Positions 31,482 to 41,446 of a stretch of DNA of 64,000 nt are shown one piece after another. How positions within the stretch are numbered: position 1 is the stretch's first letter; every line of letters begins with the position of its first letter. The position numbers and the translations under genes were made by a program. The notes beneath the pieces were generated by a model that worked only from the letters and a program-made list of their open reading frames with translations, was not told where the DNA came from and ran no database searches. The stretch lies in contig DAIDBH010000018.1 in NCBI GenBank assembly GCA_027310185.1, positions 128,001-192,000 of the forward strand. The letters are read 5' to 3'. Source of the stretch: Thermoplasmatales archaeon. Its GTDB lineage: Archaea; Thermoplasmatota; Thermoplasmata; Thermoplasmatales; Thermoplasmataceae.

Positions 31482-31979
31482 ATGGTGGAAAATAGAGACA
31501 CTGTTTCGGGTAAGCCACCAGATGAAGTGATGGAGAAGATAGTCTCGAAACTTATTTCTGTGAAGAGGAACGTAATAAGTAAATACGAAGCAATAAGAGA
31601 AGTCAGCAAACTCCACAACACAATCCAGATTCTGGATGAATTGATAGAACTGGAGAACAGGGACATAGAGATACTGGAGAATGCCGAAGCATTAGAGCAG
31701 GTAATGTATTCAAGAAGAAGCGGGAAAGAGCAGGACTATGGATCCCTGGATCATATCATATCAACCGATCCAGAGCCAGAGAAGGATGATCCAAAGAGTA
31801 TTCTGGCATGGTCAATTTCAAAATCCGATGAAATATACAAAATAGCTGATCTTCTGAGTGGAGAGTATGATGATGAAAACCTTAAGAAGCTCTTGAAGAA
31901 CATTGCAGAGAGTGAAATGAAAAGGAAGAACAGGATGACGGAACTCTACGAAGATATAATAAACAAGGATGACTGGTAA
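31482..31979 (+). CDS. Ferritin/rubrerythrin-like helical protein (degenerate)
   Basis: Repeated helical pattern Y..L.....D...K.LL..IA..E. Confidence 0.55.
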   Translation: MVENRDTVSGKPPDEVMEKIVSKLISVKRNVISKYEAIREVSKLHNTIQILDELIELENRDIEILENAEALEQVMYSRRSGKEQDYGSLDHIISTDPEPEKDDPKSILAWSISKSDEIYKIADLLSGEYDDENLKKLLKNIAESEMKRKNRMTELYEDIINKDDW

Positions 31980-32097
31980 TCCTCACTTACATTTTATGAT
32001 CCACAAAAACTTGGTCAATACCTGTATTCCCATTTTCGTTCCATAAAAGTTAAAACATTCCAGTATATGTTAAATACAATCTGAAATTACCATTTTC

Positions 32098-33660
32098 ATG
32101 GAAGAAGACAGGGATATTCTGAAAGGACTACTCAGGAGGGAGATACGAATATTCTTTCTTCTTTATCCCACATTCAGACGATTCCAGAAAGACAGGAAAA
32201 GCGCTAAAAGTGAGAGTGGAAAGGACTGGGACTACCGCAGGGAAAGGAATGGTAAGAAAGCAGTTCAGCTTTTCATAGAACTTGGTCCTGCTTTCATAAA
32301 ACTTGGGCAGATACTTTCTGCAAGACCGGACCTGCTCCCCAAGGAATATATATCTTCCTTTGAGAAGTTGCAGGATAGTGTTCCACCATCACCATTTGAA
32401 GATGTCAGACCAACCCTGGAAAAGAATCTAGGAAAACTTGATGAAGTGTTCGATAAATTTGATGAGGAAGCGATCTCCGGAGCATCACTTGGACAGGTAT
32501 ATAGGGCAACGTACATGGGCAGGGATGTGGCTGTAAAGGTGAACAGACCAGATGCAGAGTTCATCATAAAGAGGGATATTGTCATCCTTGACAGGATACT
32601 GAAGCTTGCAAAAGGAAGAATCGAGAACTTCCTGTATATGAGTATCAACAATGTTCTCAGAGATTTCCGTAAGAGGATAATTGACGAGATGAACTATGAA
32701 AAGGAGGCATCCAATTCAAAGAGAATTGCAAAGAATATAGCAGGAAGGGAAAGGATCATAGTGCCCAGGGTTTACGATGAAATATCATCGAAACAGGTGC
32801 TCGTAATGGATTATATTTCTGGAACGAAGATAACCGATATAAAAAAGCTAAAGGAAAAAAATATTGATACTGTGAAACTTGCCTATGACCTTGACATTTC
32901 CTTCATAAGGATGCTCCTCAGGGATGATATTTTTCATGCAGATCCTCATCCAGGAAACCTTTCGGTAACTGATTCCGGTGAAATCATTCTTTATGATTTC
33001 GGGATGGTAGGGGACCTTGATGATAATACCAGGTATTATCTCCTGTCACTATACGATGGCCTTACCAGGGGCGACATAGATCAGATAGTAGATTCTCTTA
33101 TCGGTGTTAAAGCCCTCTCTCCTGCCGCAAACAGGGGGATCATAAAGAGAAGTGTTGAACTTGGGATGGCTGGCATGTCCGGAAAGAGGGCTGAGGATAG
33201 CGAGATAAGGGAATTACTGGAAGTTGCAAACGATGTCGTCTTCGAATTTCCATTCAGGCTTCCAACATCCCTTGTCCTCTACATGAGAATGAGTTCACTG
33301 CTGGAAGGAATTTGCCTCTCCCTCGATCCTGAGTTCAAGTTTGTGAAGGTCCTGAGAAAACTGTTCATGGAAGAAGGATTATTGAAAGAATTATATGAAA
33401 AGCAGATAAGCATGTTCCTGGAAGACTCTGTTCGTTCCATAGAGGCAGGAGTGGCAATACTTCCACTTCTCAGGAGAAAACTTGAGAGCGAGGAAGAGAG
33501 GCTTCAGTTCCGTCAAAGAGGAAATTTAAGTTTTACCCTTTTTGGTGGCTTTCTCATGCTGATTGGCATATACGAATATAGGCAGTTAAAAATGATCGGT
33601 ACTTCCATTCTTATAATAGGATTCCTGGTAAGTGTTTATGGTATTTTAAAACGATCCTGA
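32098..33660 (+). CDS. ABC1/AarF/UbiB family atypical kinase
   Basis: LGPAFIKLGQ, ASLGQVY, VAVKV, FHADPHPGN, YDFGM; C-terminal TMs. Confidence 0.92.
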   Translation: MEEDRDILKGLLRREIRIFFLLYPTFRRFQKDRKSAKSESGKDWDYRRERNGKKAVQLFIELGPAFIKLGQILSARPDLLPKEYISSFEKLQDSVPPSPFEDVRPTLEKNLGKLDEVFDKFDEEAISGASLGQVYRATYMGRDVAVKVNRPDAEFIIKRDIVILDRILKLAKGRIENFLYMSINNVLRDFRKRIIDEMNYEKEASNSKRIAKNIAGRERIIVPRVYDEISSKQVLVMDYISGTKITDIKKLKEKNIDTVKLAYDLDISFIRMLLRDDIFHADPHPGNLSVTDSGEIILYDFGMVGDLDDNTRYYLLSLYDGLTRGDIDQIVDSLIGVKALSPAANRGIIKRSVELGMAGMSGKRAEDSEIRELLEVANDVVFEFPFRLPTSLVLYMRMSSLLEGICLSLDPEFKFVKVLRKLFMEEGLLKELYEKQISMFLEDSVRSIEAGVAILPLLRRKLESEEERLQFRQRGNLSFTLFGGFLMLIGIYEYRQLKMIGTSILIIGFLVSVYGILKRS

Positions 33661-33704
33661 AATGTAAGGCAGCATATTTAATATTATATCTATTATGACA
33701 GAAT

Positions 33705-34163
33705 ATGTCTTTAAACATGCAATATATAGCTAAATCTTTAACCGGTGGTTACACACCTATAAAGATTCTAAGATTTGCCATAATGGCATTTGCCATCATC
33801 GATGCGGCTGCACATCTTTATGCAAGCCCTGCCTCCTATCCCCTTGTAACTTTTTGGCTTGAGATAGAAGTGGCAGCGTTCATAGTTATAGGAATGGTAT
33901 TTCTACTAGGACTGAAGATATGGTATATCCCATCCATAGTTTTTACTCTGTTCAATCTGGTTGTATTTCTGGTCTCTGGAGTTATAGCCATTCCCCCCAT
34001 ATCTTCAGCAGCACTGGTCGGCCATGTACAATTTGCGGATTATTCCTTTGGAAGGGCCTTTTCACTGGCGGCATGGTTATTTATAATAATTGTTGGTACA
34101 ATTTTATTATTCGTAGATAAGGGATCGAAACTCAATGACCTTCTGAGGGAGGACAACAATTAA
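33705..34163 (+). CDS. Hypothetical membrane protein (4 TM)
   Basis: Hydrophobic segments. Confidence 0.7.
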   Translation: MSLNMQYIAKSLTGGYTPIKILRFAIMAFAIIDAAAHLYASPASYPLVTFWLEIEVAAFIVIGMVFLLGLKIWYIPSIVFTLFNLVVFLVSGVIAIPPISSAALVGHVQFADYSFGRAFSLAAWLFIIIVGTILLFVDKGSKLNDLLREDNN

Positions 34164-34938
34164 AATCTTTTTTTCCAAATAGCAGGAAAGATACATAGCC
34201 AAGTAATGCGCTTAAATTTCTTAAGAGCCAGTAAATACCTATTTCTCCAAGGTCAATTTTTTCCTTTTTAATATCGTCCCACATGATTTTATTCTTACTC
34301 TTCAACTGACCTCTTCCATATCCATTCCAGAAAGCCTGATTGAGAAATGAACGAAGATCTTGTCTTGCAATATGTAATACCCTGCAGCTATTACAAAATA
34401 TACTTTTATAGTCCATAGAAATAATTCTGAGGTTCAAATCTATATCTTCAGCAGTGATAAATTTTGGATCAAAACCGCCTATCCTTATAAAAACATCTCT
34501 CTTGATTCCCATATTCATAGAAGGGGAAGTAATTTCAAAGTTTCTGTAAAATAGTTTAACTCGTTTGAAGGAAGCGTAGCGTTTCATCCCCTTCTGAACA
34601 GTTTCTCCTGTAACCAGATCGGCGTTATTAAGACATTTGGTCATGCACTCTACCCAGCTACTATCAGGTATGGCGTCACCGTCTGTGAACAAAATCAATC
34701 TGGATGAAGACATTTCAACTCCAAGGTTCCTACCCTCTCCTCTGGTGCACTTCTTTATTTTATAGGACACCTTCTGTGTGTCAAACTTTTTCAATGCATC
34801 TACGGTACCGTCATTGCTTTCAGAATCTACAACGACTATATGGCACTGCATGGTTTGAGATAAAAGACTGTTTATCAACGTGTCAATATTTTTGATCTCA
34901 TTGTATGTTGTAATAACAACTGTTGGAATTTCTTCCAT
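34132..34938 (-). CDS. Glycosyltransferase family 2
   Basis: VVITTYNE, VVDSESNDGT, FTDGD, GGFD, EDIDL; ATG 34938 overlaps upstream stop (TGATG). Confidence 0.9.
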   Translation of the reverse strand: MEEIPTVVITTYNEIKNIDTLINSLLSQTMQCHIVVVDSESNDGTVDALKKFDTQKVSYKIKKCTRGEGRNLGVEMSSSRLILFTDGDAIPDSSWVECMTKCLNNADLVTGETVQKGMKRYASFKRVKLFYRNFEITSPSMNMGIKRDVFIRIGGFDPKFITAEDIDLNLRIISMDYKSIFCNSCRVLHIARQDLRSFLNQAFWNGYGRGQLKSKNKIMWDDIKKEKIDLGEIGIYWLLRNLSALLGYVSFLLFGKKDFNCCPPSEGH

Positions 34939-35129
34939 CAGATCCAGTCCGCTCTCCTCGCTTCCCTCTCCTTCTTTGTCTCTTTCTTGTATTTCTTGTA
35001 GTGTTCCCTGCATAGATGCACCTTTGTCGCCTTTGCATCGAAGGTAAATACCTTGTTTGCAAGCTCAGCTGGAACTGTTTGATAACTCTCTTCTTCGCAT
35101 CCCTTAACATCACACTTCTTTTCAGACAT
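34938..35129 (-). CDS. Small basic zinc-finger-like protein
   Basis: CDVKGC...HLCREHY, Lys/Arg-rich tail. Confidence 0.75.
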   Translation of the reverse strand: MSEKKCDVKGCEEESYQTVPAELANKVFTFDAKATKVHLCREHYKKYKKETKKEREARRADWI

Positions 35130-35185
35130 GGTGATGTATATGCATCTCATTTATTATTTTTAGTCATTGAAGATAAGTTATTAAA

Positions 35186-35508
35186 TGGGAATGCCCGGAG
35201 TAAGCTCCCTTCTGTTCCCCTGTAAAACAGGCTGGCAGCATTCGACTATGGCCGTAAGGCACGCTGCGTCCTACCCGACCCTCAGAGTGGTTTCACGGGG
35301 TCTCTTTGGACTTTCTCCAACCAGGTCAGCTGTCCCATCACCAATCCAGGAAACGTCATCCTCAGGGAATCATTCTTTACCTGGAAATGTTTCTTTCTTT
35401 TGCCGTTGCCATTCCTCTCGGAATACCTGCATGGCAGGTTGGTATCCACCCGGGAGGGGAGACTTTCCTCACTCCAGTGGAGCGTAAGCTGCCCTCGGGC
35501 TTTCCCAA
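35186..35508 (-). ncRNA. rnpB: RNase P RNA
   Basis: Minus strand has GAGGAAAGTCTCCC (CR-I) and AACAGAAGGGAGCTTA (CR-V) forming P4; terminal P1 TGGGAAAGCCCG/CGGGCATTCCCA. Confidence 0.95.
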
Positions 35509-35696
35509 TGGTGATCTGAAGTTAATTAATTAAAATGTCGCAACAAAGAACATGAATAGTGTATGGATTCAGGGAATCTTTTCTTCAGTTCCAGAAAGTC
35601 TTGCGTCAACAAAATTTTTTACTCTACTTTTAGGATAAAGATTGTACTATACCTCTGTACCATAACTTAGTTAATAACTGCATCGATTGTAGGAGT

Positions 35697-37511
35697 ATGA
35701 ATAAAATTACCATAGCGGCAATAGCAGTGGTGTTTCTACTGGCCAGCGGGAGTGCAATATCTCTTGCCTCCAGTGGAAATGTGAATGGAACGGTAACGAC
35801 CAAAACTATCGATGGATACTCAGTGTCCTATAATAGCACAAATGGATACATAAGAGATGTCTCATATGAATATTTGACTGGTGGCCATGTCACCTTATCC
35901 AGTGGCATATATGTCAATGGAACACAGGTTTCTACAAACATGTTCCTGAAAAACGAGATATCCATGGATAGCGGGAACGTGATCCTATTTGGAAACAGTG
36001 AACCACAATCTATTGGAATAATGACAGGTTCAGCGGGACATAGCAATATGAATATACATCTCAATGAAAGTGCAAGAATTCTAGAAAGCAATTTTAAGTT
36101 GAGTTCATCAAACCAGTTCCAGTTCGGTGGAATGGGAATGAAAACATATTCCGGAATGGAATTCAGGTCCTATGAAATCATGAATGGAAATTTCACAGGG
36201 GTTATAGTCACCGATGGGAAGGTCTCACTGAAAGGGAGTGACTCAAATACAGTAATGAGCATTGAGCAGGCTAACAGTACATTTATGGAAAAACTAACAC
36301 CGTTGTTTGCTGTGTTTGTCACGTCACAGAATATTCAGAATTTGCTTCAAAATCATAAAAACCAGTTGATCAGTAATAAATTTTCGTACAATAACACAAC
36401 CGGAAAGGTTCTTGGAAAATATGTGAGTTTCATATTCGATAATTCCACAAATACCATAAATAACATGAATCTAACAAGTCAGAACATAAACTCAACACTG
36501 TTTTCCTCAGTTAAAATATCCGGAAATGGAACAATCGGGAGAGGATTCAATATACCTTCATTCAGAATGGGAAGTGTACAGACATATGGCTCAATATTCT
36601 TCTATGCAAACGACACTTACATAATGACAGTACACGACAATCCTGTTGCACAATCATCGTATATAGTGAACAATGGCACAATAGTCTTTTCACTGCCGGA
36701 GCACAGCAATGTGACCATGCTGAAAATGAATGGTATTGATACCAGGTTCAATGAATCGATGATACTCACGGGCTCATCCTTCCAGGAAAACGAAATGTTC
36801 GGTCTGAACAACAGGGTAAGTTTTGGTACAGAAGTTCTGAAAATTAACACACCTAATGTTACAGAGATGATGGTTGTAAATGGAGGCAATATCACAGTGA
36901 AGAACAACTCAACCATTGCAGTAAAAACAGGTAACTACGAAATGATAAACATTGTAGCACCACCTGGATTACATAACCTCGGAAAGTACCAGAAGAGAGT
37001 GGATAAAGCACTGAGTTCAGGACAAATTGCAGCGGAACTTTCAATTAATGGAAACACAAATTCACAGAACTTCACGATGTCATTCAATTCTACAGTGATC
37101 ACAAACATAACATCAATCAGCTCTGGACATGCGATGATATCATTAAGTGCAGTTCCGGGACATAAGAAGGGAACTAACGTGGCAATATTCATCTCAAATT
37201 CATTCCTGCAGAATTCCCATAATGTCTACATAAAGTTCGATGGAACAGTCATAAGCTCCCTCAGCATGAACGGACTCCTGAATGATACGAGCTCAGTTTC
37301 AGCAGCTTATTCTGTGTACGCTGAAAGTAACGGAGATCTTGTCATAGTGCACGTCCCGCATTTCTCCAATCACACCATAGAAATATCTGACACTGCATTC
37401 CCGGCTTCCTCATCAGCAGTCAGTTCGCTTGTAATTCCTGCAATCGGAATAGTAATTGCAGCAGTAATCGTAATTGGGGCAGTTGTATATCTCAGAAAGA
37501 GAAACAACTAA
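35697..37511 (+). CDS. Large cell-surface (glyco)protein with signal peptide and C-terminal TM anchor
   Basis: N-terminal signal peptide, Asn/Ser/Thr-rich with many NxS/T sequons, VPHFS, TM followed by RKR. Confidence 0.8.
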   Translation: MNKITIAAIAVVFLLASGSAISLASSGNVNGTVTTKTIDGYSVSYNSTNGYIRDVSYEYLTGGHVTLSSGIYVNGTQVSTNMFLKNEISMDSGNVILFGNSEPQSIGIMTGSAGHSNMNIHLNESARILESNFKLSSSNQFQFGGMGMKTYSGMEFRSYEIMNGNFTGVIVTDGKVSLKGSDSNTVMSIEQANSTFMEKLTPLFAVFVTSQNIQNLLQNHKNQLISNKFSYNNTTGKVLGKYVSFIFDNSTNTINNMNLTSQNINSTLFSSVKISGNGTIGRGFNIPSFRMGSVQTYGSIFFYANDTYIMTVHDNPVAQSSYIVNNGTIVFSLPEHSNVTMLKMNGIDTRFNESMILTGSSFQENEMFGLNNRVSFGTEVLKINTPNVTEMMVVNGGNITVKNNSTIAVKTGNYEMINIVAPPGLHNLGKYQKRVDKALSSGQIAAELSINGNTNSQNFTMSFNSTVITNITSISSGHAMISLSAVPGHKKGTNVAIFISNSFLQNSHNVYIKFDGTVISSLSMNGLLNDTSSVSAAYSVYAESNGDLVIVHVPHFSNHTIEISDTAFPASSSAVSSLVIPAIGIVIAAVIVIGAVVYLRKRNN

Positions 37512-37524
37512 AAATTTTTAAAAT

Positions 37525-38190
37525 TCAATTTTTTATTATATCCTCAAGTAAAATTTTTCTTGCATATTTTCTTGAAACAAGTATTTCTGTTACTGTATCA
37601 GGAAGAAATATTATATCACCCTTATGTAGATAAAAGTCTCCTACGGAGGTTGCCACAGGCAAAAAGTCTGCAGTTACGGAAACGGTTGACATGTTTTCCG
37701 CTTCTTGTTTGATCTTCCCCGGTTTCTCAATTTTCTGTTCCTCCACATTTGTGTCTGGGCTGGAAATACTTTCTTCATTTCCTTCTTCTTTTCCTGGCTC
37801 CTCTTCAGGTTTGATTATTCTCTCGAGATAAGCCATCATTTTGTTGTGGTTTTCCATTATGAATGTTTTTTCTTCTGGGGCGAGAGGCTCGTAAGTCTTA
37901 GAACTTATGTCAAAGAGTGAATCCCGAAGTAGTTTTTCATATCTCTTGAGGAGAAAATTTCTCAGGTTGTTCTCCAGTTTTTCTTTCTTGTCCATCACTT
38001 TCCTGTAATTTTCTATTCTTGATTCAGAGACGCTTTTTGCTGCCATTTCATTCAGGGTTGTAAGCGCTTCCCTTACTTCATTATAAAAACTGGGCTTTAT
38101 CCTCTGAATAGACTGGCTGGAACTCTCTATTCTGTAGTATTCCCTTATTTCTTTCGTGATCCTTTCTATTTCTACTATTGATAAACCCAT
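37525..38190 (-). CDS. GINS complex subunit (Gins51-like)
   Basis: Helical A domain (IQRIKPSFYNEV, RYEKLL, LAPEEK), acidic linker, beta B domain (LHKGDIIFLP...L). Confidence 0.8.
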   Translation of the reverse strand: MGLSIVEIERITKEIREYYRIESSSQSIQRIKPSFYNEVREALTTLNEMAAKSVSESRIENYRKVMDKKEKLENNLRNFLLKRYEKLLRDSLFDISSKTYEPLAPEEKTFIMENHNKMMAYLERIIKPEEEPGKEEGNEESISSPDTNVEEQKIEKPGKIKQEAENMSTVSVTADFLPVATSVGDFYLHKGDIIFLPDTVTEILVSRKYARKILLEDIIKN

Positions 38191-38229
38191 CTTTTCTGAT
38201 CATATATCATTCTTGTTAAAAAATATATA

Positions 38230-39075
38230 TTATTGTAGAAGGGACTCGAATGGTTCACTCCCAAAGATTTCTAAAGGGAGGTCCCTGAACGTACTGTTGA
38301 ATGTATGTTCCCAGGAATCAGGATAATTCTGTCTTATCATGATTGCGCGAAGCGGAACAGAGTCAGGCGGCAGAAATCTATTATCATCACCCGGATCATT
38401 AATGTAGTCAGTCTCCAGAAGAAATTTCTTTTCCGTGGATATGGACTCTCTAACAAATTTCCTGGTAGCTGGAATGGAAAAACGCATCCATGAGTCACTC
38501 CAGAGATTTACCGGCAACGCGTGATGCTTTACAACCTTCCGCGGGTCGAGACCATTCTTCCTGGCAAAAGCCTCTATTTCCAATATCCTGGTATTATCAA
38601 GATCTTCCGTATGCAATATTGCAGGGCATTCCAGTTCACCGCATCTGGAAAAGGCATATTCAAGCAGCCTATTGGATTCATCCACAACTGAAGCTGAAAC
38701 TGGAAAATGAGGTCTTCCTATCTCCCCCATAGCATTTACAACCCCTTCCCCAATGAGTTTTGCCGCTCTGTCTATTCCATTCATCACAAGAGTTTCCCCA
38801 TCAAGACCAATTTCTGAAAAGCGAGCATAATCAAGTGGATATGGACCTATGGTGATTAGGACCGTTAAACCTGTTTCTCTTCTTACAGCCTCTGCCATCT
38901 TTATTGTCCTTTCATATATTGTTTCATAATAATGATCAGGGAACAGGGAATAGTCTGGAAGGTTAGTAAGATTGATTGCATTGCCACCCGCTTTCTTGAA
39001 TCGTAATGCACCTTCAATAAAATTCCCTCCATAATTGAGATGGAAGTGATTGTCAAAAATCAGATAATCACCCAT
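38230..39075 (-). CDS. TatD-family metallohydrolase/nuclease
   Basis: FDNHFH, GEIGRPH, ILHTE, VVKH, LLETD. Confidence 0.85.
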   Translation of the reverse strand: MGDYLIFDNHFHLNYGGNFIEGALRFKKAGGNAINLTNLPDYSLFPDHYYETIYERTIKMAEAVRRETGLTVLITIGPYPLDYARFSEIGLDGETLVMNGIDRAAKLIGEGVVNAMGEIGRPHFPVSASVVDESNRLLEYAFSRCGELECPAILHTEDLDNTRILEIEAFARKNGLDPRKVVKHHALPVNLWSDSWMRFSIPATRKFVRESISTEKKFLLETDYINDPGDDNRFLPPDSVPLRAIMIRQNYPDSWEHTFNSTFRDLPLEIFGSEPFESLLQ

Positions 39076-40271
39076 CAGAAATCAACCAGCCTCTTCTGCC
39101 TCTGTTGATTTTTCAGAATCCACGACATTTCCTTTGCCTTTTCTATACCCAATCTTGATTCCTTCATGAATTCATCGGTCGAAGAAAATTTAACGGGCCT
39201 GGTTTTCATGGCCTCTCTGACAGAACTCCTTATGACCCATACACCAAGGGGAGAATGATATTCTGAGCCAATAGTTCTTACAACAATGACAGATGCCTGT
39301 TTTCTCACCGATTTAAGGTATCTTGCAATTGATAGCCTTGCGGCATAGTATGCCCCTGTAATATTTGAAGCATATTTAGTCCTCCCATTTGGCCCTTCAT
39401 AATCAATTGAAACAGAACCCTGGCCCCACAGGGAACCTCTGTTCCACTGCTCAAGCATTTCAAAGGAAAATGGTCCAGGAAGGAGTACAACCTGAAACGA
39501 ATTACCCACATAACTCATGTCGAATTGCATGATATCTGAAATCCATGGGTAGTGAATAATATCCTTTTTTAGCTCTTTGAAAAGAACGTCATCAGTGGCA
39601 GTTATTGCCCATCTTGTAGGTACCATCTTCCTCTGGTGATCTATCCCTATCAAACCACCGGCAAGTATGTTTTGCAGATATTCTGGCTGAAAGCCCTCCT
39701 GAAACAGTTTGAAAAGGGCCTGTGAAGACTTCAGATCATTATCTTCGTGAATGTAATCAACCATTCTTGGTATTTTGGGATTTCCCGTAACCCTGAGATT
39801 GGAGACCATTGCAGTTGATCCAACCGGAGTATCAAAAAAATCTCCTGTATCAGGACCATGCATGGAAAAGTGATCGGTCTTGAAAGCGATCTCAAATGGT
39901 TTCACAGAAGAAGCACTTTCCAGTATATATTCATGAAATTTCTCATCTGGTCTTCTTATGGACATCTTTGATGCTGTTCTGTAGACATTTGAATTCATGG
40001 AAATAACTTCCTCCAGTTTCATCCCAAATCTGTCCTTACCATAATCAAAAACATCCTGATTAAAGAGGGCAGTTGGACCCGCAAGAACTTCTGGATATCC
40101 ATAATTGCCGACAAATATACCTGGGGGAGTATCTGTTTCTGCTTCTCCACTGACCATCCTGAGTTCAAGACCGCTGGATTTGAGGTTCTTTATTATGGGA
40201 CAATATCCAAGTCCACATAAATTCTTTTTTGCCTTACAGGAACTGCAATATGGAAACACTTTATTATACAT
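39075..40271 (-). CDS. nreA: DNA repair protein NreA
   Basis: N-terminal CxxC...LCG...CP, VPTRWAITATDD, GAYYAAR, PLGVW, C-terminal PIP box QKRLVDF. Confidence 0.9.
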   Translation of the reverse strand: MYNKVFPYCSSCKAKKNLCGLGYCPIIKNLKSSGLELRMVSGEAETDTPPGIFVGNYGYPEVLAGPTALFNQDVFDYGKDRFGMKLEEVISMNSNVYRTASKMSIRRPDEKFHEYILESASSVKPFEIAFKTDHFSMHGPDTGDFFDTPVGSTAMVSNLRVTGNPKIPRMVDYIHEDNDLKSSQALFKLFQEGFQPEYLQNILAGGLIGIDHQRKMVPTRWAITATDDVLFKELKKDIIHYPWISDIMQFDMSYVGNSFQVVLLPGPFSFEMLEQWNRGSLWGQGSVSIDYEGPNGRTKYASNITGAYYAARLSIARYLKSVRKQASVIVVRTIGSEYHSPLGVWVIRSSVREAMKTRPVKFSSTDEFMKESRLGIEKAKEMSWILKNQQRQKRLVDF

Positions 40272-40360
40272 GATTATGGAACTAATAATTTTATCTTTTT
40301 CGAGAGGTAATACATGACACGAAAAGAGAATTAGAGCGAGTGTTTAATTCAGAGAATGAT

Positions 40361-40640
40361 GCAATCTAAACTGTCCTCACATGAGGCAGCAAGAAACTCT
40401 GTTTGAGGGCAGGACAGTTAGGACGAACTGCCCATAAGAACACATGGGATTCAATGACCTGCTCGTCCTATGGAAATGAAGCATATACCTTCATGACTAT
40501 GCTGAAATCAGGCTGTTGAGACATGTAAGAAAGAGATAAATAATGGTCTTTCACGTCTGGCAAAGTAATGTAAATCAGTTGCCATTGCTTGATTATATTT
40601 ACAATACCTTCCGTCAGAGAGGGTTGGTTGAAACCTCACA
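40361..40640. ncRNA. Putative unannotated structured RNA (array of abutting hairpins)
   Basis: Stems 40369-40377/40411-40419, 40419-40428/40461-40470, 40481-40485/40498-40502, 40519-40525/40552-40558, 40558-40563/40579-40584, possibly closed by GCAAT/ATTGC. Confidence 0.5.
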
Positions 40641-40704
40641 ACAAAAGGAAAAATTAGAAAAGATTTATTAGAGAAACATGTTAAGGGAGATAAGGTGAAA
40701 ATAA

Positions 40705-41409
40705 ATGCAACAGGGACAAATGGCATATGATAGAGCAATTACAGTTTTCTCCCCTGATGGGAGACTATTTCAGGTTGAATATGCAAGAGAAGCAGTAAAA
40801 AGAGGCTCCACTGCTCTTGGAATCAAGTTCAAGGATGGCGTTCTTCTCATTTCAGAAAAAAGACCAAGAAGCAAGTTAATGGAACAGAACTCCCTGGAAA
40901 AAATTCAGTTAATAGATGATTTTGTAGGTTGTGTCACATCAGGTCTCGGGGCAGATGCAAGAGTCCTAATAGATTTCGCAAGGATAGTAACCCAGCAGGA
41001 AAAGGTCAGCTATGGTTCTCTTGTCAACATAGAGAATCTTGTCAAGAAGGTAGCAGACCAGATGCAGCAATATACACAGTACGGCGGGGTAAGGCCATAT
41101 GGTGTTTCCATTATTTTTGCAGGAATCGACCAGGTTGGAGCAAGGCTTTTTGATTCAGATCCATCCGGTGTCATTAATGAATATAAAGCAACTGCAATCG
41201 GTGCAGGAAGAGATCAGGTTCTTTCCTATCTCGAAAAGGAATACAAAGAGGACGCTGATGAAAAAACAGCAATCGGAATAGGCATTGCAGCTCTAAAATC
41301 TTCAATGGAAGAGGGAGCTGAATACAAGACTCCAGAAGTAGCCTCAATTAGAAGTGACTCAACTTTCAAAATATTTACCAAGGATGAAATTGAGAAACTG
41401 GTAAAATAA
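40705..41409 (+). CDS. psmA: Proteasome subunit alpha
   Basis: [35 protein letters not shown]. Confidence 0.98.
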   Translation: MQQGQMAYDRAITVFSPDGRLFQVEYAREAVKRGSTALGIKFKDGVLLISEKRPRSKLMEQNSLEKIQLIDDFVGCVTSGLGADARVLIDFARIVTQQEKVSYGSLVNIENLVKKVADQMQQYTQYGGVRPYGVSIIFAGIDQVGARLFDSDPSGVINEYKATAIGAGRDQVLSYLEKEYKEDADEKTAIGIGIAALKSSMEEGAEYKTPEVASIRSDSTFKIFTKDEIEKLVK

Positions 41410-41446
41410 GGAAAAGATTTAAAACCAATATTATTTTTATTTAATC

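Noticed and set aside
35185-35533. ORFs 35185-35487 and 35306-35533
   Set aside because: They are the antisense of the GC-rich RNase P RNA
40516-40562. Resemblance of one hairpin to group II intron domain V
   Set aside because: No AGC/CGC triad or GNRA geometry, no domain VI, no RT gene
40508-40738. 76-aa minus-strand ORF overlapping the psmA start
   Set aside because: No motif, overlaps psmA and its promoter; the hairpin pattern explains the region better
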